A stretch of DNA of 64,000 nucleotides from Tubulanus polymorphus (taxonomy: Eukaryota; Animalia; Nemertea): contig NC_134033.1 in the NCBI RefSeq assembly GCF_964204645.1, positions 13,152,655 to 13,216,654 of the forward strand. The letters are read 5' to 3'. The notes under the pieces are model-generated. The model was not told the DNA's origin, ran no database searches, and saw nothing but the letters and a program-made list of their open reading frames with translations. Of the stretch, positions 13,964-25,968 are shown piece after piece. The stretch's first letter is position 1. Each line of letters begins with the position of its first letter. Both the position numbers and the translations under genes were made by a program.

Positions 13964-14199
13964 TCGGAAGTCTAGACCGTCATACTGCATCCATGAAGCT
14001 TTCAAACGAATCATAATTTACTTAACGTAAGAACAAAAATATTTGAATTCATCGTTCAGGCGTAATAATGATATCATATCACCCACGTTGCGCCCGAGGG
14101 GTTTAAACAAGAACAGTAGATCTTTGAGTAATGCCTAATTGCTCGCGATGCACTGATATACTTTCTTTTAATGATGTCGACGAACGGCTTGAATGTTAA

Positions 14200-14418
<219 letters not shown>

Positions 14419-17400
14419 TGAATCGTCGTTTGTTCTATTCGATTATCTCCCGCGGAGAAAACGATCGGATAATTAGCGGATATTTATCGCGTAATCGAAT
14501 GAACTCCCTCCCCGCGCTCGTCCTCTAGAACGTGCTACTAGCACCGGAAAAACGAGGCCTTAATTATTCCTCCTCTGGCAATCGAGGATAGCCCTCGGTG
14601 TAATTAACGGCGTAATAACTGGTCGATTTTAAGGATAAAACTCGTTCCGTTTGAATGTCTTAATCGATGAAACTTGAGCTTCATTAGTAGCTATTGATGA
14701 AACACTCTTGAGTCCATGTATTAACGATTAGATAGAAAATCCAACTCTAACAATGAAAAACAACACTGAAAACATTTCCTTTTGTTGATGATTTATTTTT
14801 GAGTAATTCACACTCAGATAGAACTCAAGTCATTTTGAGTTCACAAAGGTCTGACTTAAGAGGAGTCTTCGATATACATAGCTTTATTAGATCTAGTTAA
14901 TTACTGAATTCAGAAAGTTAAGACCAGGATGTATTAAGTGCAGTTTAAAAGCGTACTCGTTTTGCTGACACAATTGCACAGGGGGATGATTTGGCAGTGG
15001 TCAAAATGGCCAGTTTTTGATTCAGGCATTTACCATTGCATAAGAATGATGCTGTGGCAAGCGAGTTGAATAAGGCCAAGAAAAGAGAGCAATTTTAGAG
15101 GGTTTGCGCATCCCCTGAACCTCCCTCTTGCAACATTTTTCAGGTCAATTTGGTCCGCATCAAACAGGCACGGACTAGAATCAAAATACTTACGTGATCG
15201 CGGCTTTTTTCTCACTATCCTTGAGCAGTCAAACGGTTATCAGTTATTAGTATCTCCGGATATTAATCAAACATCTCGGGTCATCTCGCTCAGCTGAGAA
15301 ATTCTCAGAATGCTACACGATTAATCCGCGCTACTTTTCCCTCGTGTGGCCATGACTCGGCAATCTGCTGGCGCGAAGGTCCGCGTAATGACGTGGCATG
15401 TGCTTAGATATCAGGCTGTGTTGTCAGTCTTCAAATACAGTTCAGGGAAAGCCTTGAACGTACAACAGCTCCCAGAGTGCGCCCAAGGACAATGGCTGAA
15501 AGATTATTAATTATCAGAGTGTTCTTCAACGAATTATCATTTGTGCAGATTCCTCATCCCCCAATGCTGGTTAAAAGGCAATTAACCCACTAAGTTAATT
15601 AAGTTAGTTGCATCAAGTGTTGCCGATTATGGAGCGTGCACATGGGCGGATATGACCATAACTGAGTACAACTAGTTGCATAAAAGTAGAACATGGTCAA
15701 CTGGCTGGAACTGGTTGCTGACCACTCGTAACCTAGCTCACATTGACACATTCGAGCCACTTATTGTATCCAACCAGTTGCTCTCATGCGCCCAAAACTG
15801 CCCGGCAACTAGTTGTCTCCAGTTACTTTGTCGATGTACGATAGGTTTTATTTTCTTTAAAAAAGTCAGAGAACTTCATAAAAAAAAGCTAAAACCCTGG
15901 AAAATGCCAGAGAAATTTGTTGAAATGTTAGATTGATTGTGTTTACTGATTGGAGTCTTAACTGGTCGACTAAGGGCAAGCACCTTAGGAATAGCCTGGG
16001 AAAAAGCAAATCAAATAGAAGCGGTCACCCTATTCGGGATGAACTGGCGACTGGAAGTGGGTGTTGTTGATAGCACACGTGTTCCGAGTGAAGGAAACTC
16101 GCACAAGAATAACAAAATACGAACGAATCGATGCGTCTTGTATCCGTTGTCGTCATCGGCGCAAAAACCTCGTAAGACGTCGCCGTCGATGTTTTTCTCG
16201 TTCGTAGGGGGCAAGGCGACGTTCGATTTTTTGCCGGCAGTACGCGCAACTCACGTCGGTACGGGAATGCATTATCCGTGTAACCGCAATCGGAAATCAT
16301 TGTCAAATTCAATGTCGACTTCGTTAGAACACGACGACGTCGAGGCGAGTGAGGTTGCAAATGTAGTTTCATTTAGAAAGGAAAAAAATCCTAAACAGAA
16401 AGAGGATCGTTTTAACTCTTTGATTACCACACGCACCGTCGTAAGCCGCTTAGTGATTTTTGGGATTTATTAGTAAAAAGTGATCTTGATATATGAACAG
16501 TGTCGCCATCTATCTATGTTGTAAAGAGGTCTTGTATTGGCTTCAGAAATAGGGGGTTCTGTTCCTGGGGGTTCTATTCCTGGTGGTTCTAAACTTCGTC
16601 AACAGATCTTCACACGACTTGCCCCATAATGATAAGGTATAAGAAACCTTGATTGTGTTGATTATGTCATGAGTGTCAGAGGTGGATCCAGGGATACTTG
16701 TGAGAATTGTAAAAGTACATCAAATCTTTTGAATGTCGTTTTTCAACAACAAAATTGGTGCATTTCAGTTCGGGAATGTGTCTAATATTGCCTACTTTAA
16801 CATTGAGGCTTTTGAACTGCAAATGTTAAAATGGCGCCAAACAGTTCAGTGTTAACATACAATATATATTATTAGGTAGCAATTGTGAGTTTTTATACTT
16901 GAGTCAAATTTTCCAAAGTTTCAAAGATATCGAAGGCAGAAATGAAAATAATGTAATAGAAGCAGCAGTGAATTTTGTATTTTGTCCGAGCAGAAGAGAA
17001 TTAGATCCCATCGGCTGTGTACATATCCACAGTTCTCCCGAGAGAGACCGGCTTACTGGCTGGCAATTATTTTCATAAAAAGAAATAGATGGGTTTTGTG
17101 ACCGTGGGATTAAAGTATATTGGATGAAAAAAATGTGTCAAGGCTCGCCATGACTTAAAAGTCATACGGACGCAATGAACTGATTATTTGACGCCAGGAA
17201 AAACAAATCTCCCTTTTACTGCCTGGTTACCATACACTTTACCACCCAGGCTTCTGTGTGGCCATCTACAGAGAAACACTTTAGTACTATTCTAACGGAT
17301 TGGGTTTAAATTGGGTATCTGCCCTAATAATGTACCATTCTAAGAATATTAAGACATATATGATATCGATATTGCAGAGCTGCTGCAAACTGTTCCTGAT

Positions 17401-18104
17401 TTTCAGTATTTGTTACTATCTAATGATAAAAAATACTGATTTGATTTGTTTGCTGCATATAGAAATATGATAGAGGGTCTCACTGATGATTACTGATTAA
17501 TTTGAACATTTTCTTGCATATTTCGATGAAATGTTATTGACAAAAATTCAATTTGTTACTGATAACACTTTTAAGAGGTTGGCAGCCCATGACTACAGAA
17601 CCAGCCTTCACAGCATATTATATCATGGATTAAGGGTCGAAATTTTGTATAGACTTAGCTAGAAATGAATTTCTGAAATGTCATGAAAGCGGATATACTC
17701 GACGGAAAGATTTCTTCCTATCTGTAAAATGTAGGTGATTGTATTACAGGAGTAACAGATAGGTTTAGTTTCTCGTTGTATACGTGGGCGTCTTCCCTGT
17801 CAGCGTTACACGCTTCTTAGTCGTGCGCTTATATTTTTCTCCCCGTGTAAACGGAGTCACGGCTTTATCTTTACTTCAAATGAATCGACGATGGATCGGT
17901 AGATAAAACGCCGATATAGAATAAAACCTGCCTGGGACGCTTTAAAGCGAACTCCAGGGACCGGCGAAACTAATTACGATTTAATCACGCCGTGGTTGAT
18001 GTCATTGAAAACGGGACGGTCGCCATCGGAAAATTGTTACGTGAAACTGGCCGCAGATTTTTTTTTTTTTTTTTAATCCTCACGTTTTTCATCTTGTCTT
18101 TCAG

Positions 18105-18221
18105 GATGCATTGGCCCTAATCGAACCGATGACTAACGATCCAGTGAACTATGTCCGCCAGGGGGCGTTGATCGCGTCGGCCATGTTGCTCATCCAGCAG
18201 AACGAGATCACTTGCTCGAAG
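18105..18221 (+). CDS. PSMD1: PSMD1 exon [39 protein letters not shown]
   Basis: tttcag acceptor, AAG|GTACAT donor; 117 bp, phase 0/0; hallmark [18 protein letters not shown]. Confidence 0.97.
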
Positions 18222-18871
18222 GTACATTCATGTTTACTATATTTTTGCATGTTGATTTTTTTATTCTTTTTTTTTCTTAATATCTATTATCATTAATGAT
18301 ATTATTATCATTATTATTATTGTTATTATCACCATTTTTTTTTTCTTTTTCCTCTTCGTTTGTAGCAATCCTCATCGTTATTTGTCTCGGTCACAATTAT
18401 GACTTTTCAATGTACAATTGTTATTGTAACTTTCTGTAAGAGGGCATCCCCCTCCAGATAAAGCTCTTACCGCTCAGGAGTGTCCTCAAATAAGTTAATC
18501 TTCAATTAATACGTAATTAATCATGATATCTTTCATATTCATACGTTTATGTTTATGAGAATTAAATTAATTTACGTTTATCTGAAACCAGTTCGTCGCA
18601 CCCTTGCTCGAATAAAATGACGTAAAATGTCCGTCGTAAAGAGTTTGACATTTGCGTCGATAACAAGCTATCTTTACGGTGTCATCGTTTGTCCAACAAC
18701 TGGGTTAATTTCCCTTATTCGCAGTTGCTCTGTTTGTCTATGATTGCTTGTTTTCGATGTGCGAACCATAATTCGCTCTTTCCCTGCCCCTCGAGGCAGC
18801 TGATAAAAACAGGGGGAGTCTCTCGTATTTCTCGCAATTGGTAATGTTTGTTTTTTATTTTTGTCGTGAAG

Positions 18872-18974
18872 GTTGCTCATTTCCGACAACTCTACGCGAA
18901 GGTCATTAATGACAAACATGAAGACGTTATGGCGAAGTTTGGAGCCATCATAGCGCAGGGTATCATCGACGGAG
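18872..18974 (+). CDS. PSMD1: PSMD1 exon [34 protein letters not shown](G)
   Basis: AAG acceptor after a T-rich tract, G|GTAAGA donor; 103 bp, phase 0/1. Confidence 0.95.
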
Positions 18975-20806
18975 GTAAGAATTCGTTCTCGTGACTATCA
19001 TGTCTACCGGCTGCTAATCATGATATTCATAATTATGGTGACTTTTGAGAGAGTACTTTTTGTATGTTCAATGACTCTCATATGTATTAAACCCCCCTAA
19101 CCACCTCCACCCTGCCTATTTTTATTTCGTAATATGTGAGGTTCTACAGGAGATGTCCTTCAGGTAAGGTACCCAATTGCTTCGAGTGCAAGTGGCAATG
19201 TCAATAAGTGCCTTGCATAGGTTCATGTGGTTGCATCCAGGGTTTGAATGCATGACAAGGTATCTCAAAGTCAAACGGTCCACACAGCCCCATGACCTTG
19301 CATTTCAAAGTCAAGAGGTCTAAACCCTCACCCACACTGCTGCACTACCTGGTATCTTAAACTCAAACATTCACTTACACTGCTCCACAATCTGGCATCC
19401 CAGAGTCAAATACTCCAACCACTCACCCACACCACTCCATAACCTGGTATCTTAAAATCAAACAGTTTACCCAAACAACTTCCCCATAGAAACACTCATC
19501 CATGATAACTAGTGACAAATAACAACTGAATGTTAATGAGATATGATTTTGTAAGTTTATTAATCTGAGACCACATTTTGACTATATCGGCTGTTCACAA
19601 ATACCAGTTTATTCAACTTTCTCTAAAGCTCTTGCATGACGCATCGATAACCGAAATTTAGCTACGACGATGAATTGCGTGTAACTCACTATCATATCGC
19701 TTTTAGATACAGTTGTATATGTTGAGCATAAGTGGCAATGAGGGGGGTTAAAGATTGGTAATCCCCTAAATGTGTGTCTGTGCTTCTGTCAGATTGTATG
19801 AGAGACCCGCTTTATTTCGTTACTCGTATCGACCGCTCCACAGTTTCATCTCTCGCAGCTATCACCGTCTCTCGTAGTGATGACTTTACCGCTGATTTTA
19901 GATACGACGTTTCCGTCGAAATTCGTATTGATTTTCGCGTAAAGGTGATATCATAAACCGTGGATAATTCGTTACGTACCCGACAAGACGTATGCCTCTG
20001 GGACATGTGCAGGGGGGGGGGGAAGACAAATTTGGCAGCTTTCGTTTTTTATGTCACGATCGTATGCTCGGCCTGCCAGGAACTGATATACCGATGTCAA
20101 GCATGAATAAAATCATTCGTATTTGTTTGATCAAAACGATTTGGGCTAGAAAAAACTGAATTTTTAATCTGAATTGATTTCATTTTGATTTCTACGCTTC
20201 AGTCGTTAGATACTGCAATATTGCCACATTTCCTACCTGTAAAAAATTGCCGGGATCCAGTTCCGAATGTGAGGGTTAATTATTTAGTTAGTGGCTTTTA
20301 ACATTGGTTGCTTCACTTGACTTTTCTCACAGCTGAAAACTTAGAACTATCATGTCTGTTGACCTAGACGTGATGAAATGAGAGCTTGTATGGATTATTG
20401 CTCGCGGCTATCAAACTCAACCAGTTGTCTGTCGAGCTGCTATCAATTGGATTGGGTCAATGAAAAAAGCTCGGATATCAAAACTTACTGAAAATTGCCA
20501 GCTGCCCGCAAGGCAGTGATAACTTTTTTCCATTCACTTAGTTACTTCTGGAGTTCTTTTGACCCAGTAACTCAACAAATATCTAAGGTAACTATTTGCC
20601 AACCGAGGTGCTTTAGCTACTAGCTACAAGCTGTTTCATATGGCATTCAACTCTAGTCAGAACAAGTCCAAAATCGAAGGCGATAGTATGTTGAAACTTG
20701 TAGGTTGATTTTGGAAGTAAAATTAAAAATTGATATCAACTAGTTCGCGGACCAGTGACAAGACTACATTTATTACAACTTTATGCCGAAGTTTAAACTG
20801 ATTTAA

Positions 20807-21683
20807 CCCTTTCAGTGCGTCTTCACTACAGTGTGGTGTATAAATCGGTGATAAACTTTACTAATACACTGCACTCTGGTCTCCTGTTTGTCCTGTGCAC
20901 TTTATTGAACTGTCAGCCAATAATGTATTCGTATAACATTAAGGATCAATAAAGTGAATTTGGATTTGTGGTGTATTGATGCAATTAGTTATTATCTCTA
21001 ATGAAAGATGGCAGCACCCATTAAACACAGAGACAAGTATAAGAGCTCAGACCACTATTCCAAAATCTTCCATATCCTATAGTAAAAACAAGAAATTCAA
21101 GAGTTTAGTTCATATATAAGCGCGTAAATTCAGGGGAAATCCTGCTTATGGCTCATAGGCCAGCATCTTAGCTACGCATTGAAGTGGTTTTCGCCCCACA
21201 TACCCAACCTAACTTTTGAAATAATCAAACCTTTAGAAAGGAGGGGTATCCCAGTACAGGTATGCCAGTACATCCGAGCCAAATATCTAAGGGAATCCCC
21301 ACCGTGTTTGGTACCCTTACTCCAAGCAAAAAAAGTCCAGGGAATCCCTTATTTCATCATCAATCTGTCTCTCAGGATCAATGGATTTCATACATATAAC
21401 CGAAATTCGTTACCTATCCCATTAGCAGAAATTATGGCAACATTTATGGGGGACCTCTTCTTCACTCTAGGTACTATTTTTGGGGTCCGGCCCTACGCAT
21501 CTTCGAGCTACTAACCTAATTGTGGTCTGATGCCATAAGTAACTAACGATACACCGCACTGCAGCGTAGATGCACTCAAGCAGTAGGCCTACATGTATAC
21601 CTGTTATTCAACACACTGGGGTGGAATTCTAAAATATTTCTTATTTTCTCCTGCACTTTAGGGTATAAATTAAGGTTAAAGGG
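20807..21683. mobile_element. piggyBac-like MITE interrupted by nested insertions
   Basis: TTAA|CCCTTTCAGTGC ... AAAGGG|TTAA; colinear with the intact copy at 44990-45278 apart from inserts at ~20873-20965 and ~21044-21534. Confidence 0.7.
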
Positions 21684-23291
21684 TTAAAACTTATCTATGG
21701 AAACATTCCAGGGACAACTGCTAGTCGAAACTTCAACCTCACCATTCCACGCCTTGATAAATGAATCTTGTCTACTTTGGTTTTCGTCATGAATAACACC
21801 GACCTATGAGTAACATCAACGGTCTCGTTTTTTAGCCGTCTCCTTTTATTTATGTGACCGCGTCGAATGCAAAGCACCGACTTTTAATCAGAAGTTTCGG
21901 GTTTTGTTTCGATTTAATCTGATTATCGAGACGATCGCGGTGCGCGCTGAACATAACGTCGTCCGCCGTTCTCGAGAGTGATTCATTATCGCGTGCGATT
22001 TGCGTAATGAACTCGAATTCTTCTTTTCAAGTGTAATTAACAATTCCGGTTTGTCTGGTTCGGTCTTAAGTCTTTTAATCACGCTAATATCTTTCTTTGA
22101 AAGTTTGCGGTAAAGGTTTGAAAAAATTTAATGCAAACGTGGCTTTTGTATCGACAGAAACGAGGATAAAAGAGGGAGTGAGAAAGTGAATGCAGTGATT
22201 GTAAGAAGGGAGAGGTACAGAGGATAGGGATGGAGATTACGGGCCCATAGCTTGGAACCAAAAAAAACCAGTTCTGCTCATTTCTAATTCAAAAAAGATA
22301 TCAAGCAGGATCTTTACGCTCCCAACTAGAACAACGTAATACATGTTCATAGAATTTGTTCATTTATTTAAACCTTCGTTATATCGCTCAGAAGCTATAT
22401 CTGAGCATCAAATTTTCTGGGGGAGGGTCCCTTCAGTTCCGAGGAAATTAAAAAAATGAACCTGCCCACATATTCCTCCCGCTACAGGCCCGCATAGTCG
22501 ACACAGTGATGATAATCAAAGGGTAGGGTAGGATATGGAGGGACCAGAGTTATTGTAGATGGGAAAGAAGATATGGGTAGAGTTAGTGTAGTGATAATCA
22601 GTTTGAGAGCGTCGCGCTATCGGTCGTTCGTAACTAGCCTCCTCTCGTATATTATCAATCATCTTTTATGTTGACAAGTCAGATTAGCCATTCTAATATC
22701 GAATGAGGCCATTAGATCACGCTGGAAACGATGTCAGATCGTCGGTGACGGCTGACAACGACAACGCCGTGTCGACGAAATTTATCGCCTAGAAAATGAC
22801 ACGAGTAATTGTAAAGCAATCACTAGCGGTTGTCGTCGTCGCCGAGCGTCGTTTTGTTGACGCGCTCTGTCCGCAGGAAATTGTCATCGAATCGGCCTTC
22901 CTGCGTAATCCTCGAGCGCCTCCCTCGGTGGTTATTCTTCGCCGTATCCGCGACCATGAAGTTATTGTTGAATTTTTTTTTAAATACATTCGCGAACTGG
23001 TTGGCCTCTTACCTGGATATCAGAGAAACGTCTGGGAGTTTTCTTTTCTGTAAAAAGGCCAGGGAATAGTCGGGGAATTTTGTAAAATCCTAAAAATCAG
23101 GGAAAAGTCGAGATTGCTAGATCATGCATAAAATCGAACAGTCTGTATATGTCTTATGTATTTCGCTGTGTTACAGCTATATTTCACTGTTGTAGCTATA
23201 TTTTCTTTTCACTTTTTATTTTTTAACGCTTTCTTTACTAAAACTATGGTTATGAAACATTATTATCAGACCGTAACTTGTCTATTTCTAG

Positions 23292-23461
23292 GTGGTCGAA
23301 ATCAAACATTGGGCTTACAGACACGTAATGGACACATAAATATGCCCGGAGTAGTTGGTATGCTTGTTTTCTGTCAGTTCTGGTATTGGTATCCGTTGGC
23401 GCATTTCATCTCATTGGCGTTCACGCCCACTGCTCTTATCGGGCTCAACACTGACCTTAAG
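23292..23461 (+). CDS. PSMD1: PSMD1 exon [56 protein letters not shown]
   Basis: ttctag acceptor, AAG|GTAAAT donor; 170 bp, phase 1/0; [10 protein letters not shown] motif. Confidence 0.97.
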
Positions 23462-23723
23462 GTAAATTCATCTGCGAATCCATAACGAAAATTAGTGTAT
23501 TATCTGTCATAATTGATGCAAGGAAAAAACCAATTAAGTTAACTGGTTAGAGTTAACTGGTGGACAAATACCATGGTAACAATGCAATTTCAATTGTCGC
23601 TATCGCATTTATCCACTGATTAGCTCTAACCAACTTTAGAACAACTGGCCCCGGGTGATAGGGTTGGAAGTAGATAAGAGAGGACTGTACACACCCTGAC
23701 CTATGTCTTCTCCTTTTGAATAG

Positions 23724-23900
23724 ATGCCGAAAATTGAGTTCCGTTCGAACGCTAAACCATCGACGTTCGCCTACCCTCCTCCGCTCGAGGATAAAAAAGA
23801 AAAGAGCAAGGAAAAAGTAGAGACTGCCGTTTTATCAATCACCGCTAAACAAAAGAAGAAAGAAGCCGAAAAGAAAGCTCAGGACGATAAGATGGAAGTG
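23724..23900 (+). CDS. PSMD1: PSMD1 exon [22 protein letters not shown]...AVLSITAK...KMEV
   Basis: aatag acceptor, GTG|GTAAGC donor; 177 bp, phase 0/0. Confidence 0.97.
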
Positions 23901-24625
23901 GTAAGCATTTCAGTTACCACTTTGATATCATCGACCTTGGTTGGATGAGGTTGATGCTCAAATAATTAGAATATACATATATGGGACCGTTCATGAAGTA
24001 TGTAGGCAAAAAGTAGGGCATTTTGTTAAGGTCCTTACACACATCGTACTATATTCCTGATGACCTACTTGTAATAGGCTAGTTGATGGCTACACCCATG
24101 CCTGTAGTCTGATTACTATAATTAAAAACTTAACACATATGTCTTGCATCGAGTTGAATTCTATTGTTAGAGTGTTTGGCACCTCCTCAAACATGGCCAA
24201 ATACTAGTAAAACTTTTGATTCATTATTACATATGCTTTGTTTGAAAAGCTACCTGGCTATGTATGCAGATCGTACATTTTTTGACATCGAGATCCTACC
24301 TATGGCTTACATACTTACTTTATGAAAGGTCCTATGAGAAAAGGTCCCTACAACTGGCGACCTCTTGTAGGCTGCTAGTTGCCTCGGCAATAAACCAAGT
24401 TGCATCGGCAGATGTCGAGTCGCTTATCGACGTAAGCCCGCCTTTACACGTATACATTTCTAAACTGTTGAATGAATGTACCTCTAGTATGGTTAACCTT
24501 TTTCTCTTCAGTGCCTATATTGTTAAGCTTGTTCATAAAATGAATGCAAAAAAGAAACAAGCAATTGGCATATCACACAAAAGTTCCTGGTATTTTTCTC
24601 ATGCTCACTTTCTTTAACGACACAG

Positions 24626-24931
24626 GATGAGGAGAAAAAAGATGAAGACCAAGAAAAGAAAAAGCCAGAAACAACATCGACAACACCGACTACACCAACA
24701 ACAACAAAGAAAGAAGACAATGTGAAGAAAGATGCGGCAAAGAAAGAAGACGACGTGAAGAAAGATGCGACAAAGAAAGAAGACGATGTGAAGAAGGATA
24801 CCGAGAAAAAAGAGGAGAAAGAAGAACCAGAACCAGGTTTCCAGATGTTACCGAATCCGGCGAGGGTTATGAGAGCTCAGCTGAAGGTTCTAACGATGCC
24901 GGCTGAATCTCGATACGCGACTGTCAAAGAT
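24626..24931 (+). CDS. PSMD1: PSMD1 exon with expanded KEKE region, ...[36 protein letters not shown]
   Basis: cacag acceptor, GAT|GTACGT donor; 306 bp, phase 0/0; NPARV motif. Confidence 0.93.
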
Positions 24932-25078
24932 GTACGTATCACGTAATTGTTGAACATTCCAGAAAAAAAACACCTCTCTCCAATAATAACACGGGCTCTT
25001 ATGGTTTAAACCAAGCACAGCCTCGCTTAAATCGCTAAATATGCAATATCTTAATTCAAATTGTTCAATGTCTTGTAG

Positions 25079-25154
25079 ATAACTATCGGTGGCGTGCTGA
25101 TGTTGAAAGATTCGAAACCGGGTGAAAAAGAAGATTTGATTGAACCAATTGCCG
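25079..25154 (+). CDS. PSMD1: PSMD1 exon ITIGGVLMLKDSKPGEKEDLIEPIA
   Basis: ttgtag acceptor, G|GTAAGT donor; 76 bp, phase 0/1. Confidence 0.93.
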
Positions 25155-25560
25155 GTAAGTGTGTGCATTGATCGTATGAACTGTCAGTGGACTGACTGTC
25201 ATTGACAAGCACTTAATATTAACAGCAAATGATTTTTTGTCCACTAAAATTCTCGAGTTATGGTTGCATCAACAACAAAAGACGTAGTAATCTATTGTGT
25301 CAAATCCAAGGTCCATTTTCTGGTAAAACTGAAGTCAAAAAGTTGATCTTGAATTTCAAGACTGGTTTTAAGTTGTCAGATTGGCTACATAATACAGGTC
25401 TTAATTCTAAGACCCTCATGACTGTGGAACCGGCTCGTGGTTTAGATTATTATCGTCTCAGTGCCTCCCCAGGAATTTAGAAAAAGCCTGGATGACTTCT
25501 CGATTGTTTTTTTGAGCAAATAAATGCCTCTTTAATGGATATATTTTCGTTCTGTTACAG

Positions 25561-25631
25561 CTGGTGGCCCGAAAATGGGAGAAGAGGAGGAACCTGAACC
25601 ACCAGAGCCGTTTGAATATATCGAAGACTAG
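25561..25631 (+). CDS. PSMD1: PSMD1 last coding exon (A)GGPKMGEEEEPEPPEPFEYIED*
   Basis: ttacag acceptor; conserved Rpn13-binding C-terminal EPPEPFEY motif; TAG stop at 25629-25631. Confidence 0.97.
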
Positions 25632-25962
25632 ACGTTACCTGACCTAGACTAAATCGGACTGCGCTGTCTGTCTTACCCTGTAGTTAACTCATTCTAACTC
25701 GGTTCGGTTGGGATATGTGTCACCACCAATTCAACCATACGGAACTGATTTGAAAATTCCTGAAGGCAGTTTTACTCACTCAACCGGTATCGAGTCTACC
25801 GTACGACAACGATAAACTGTTCCTTTCTTCCCAAAATGTGAAAAATGATTTCATATCGAGTATTTATTGTTGGTCTAGTTATAAAAAGAAAATTCTCGTA
25901 TTAAGAAATGAAAGTTTTTTTCGTATTAAGTGGATGTTTATTTATGCGTTTCATGCTTCAAA

Positions 25963-25968
25963 AATAAA
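25963..25968 (+). terminator. Probable PSMD1 polyadenylation signal AATAAA
   Basis: Canonical hexamer about 330 bp after the stop, followed by GT/T-rich sequence. Confidence 0.55.

Noticed and set aside
15937-16473. 178-aa ORF in a PSMD1 intron
   Set aside because: Non-ATG start and no recognisable domain; it overlaps a CpG-rich patch that lowers stop-codon frequency.
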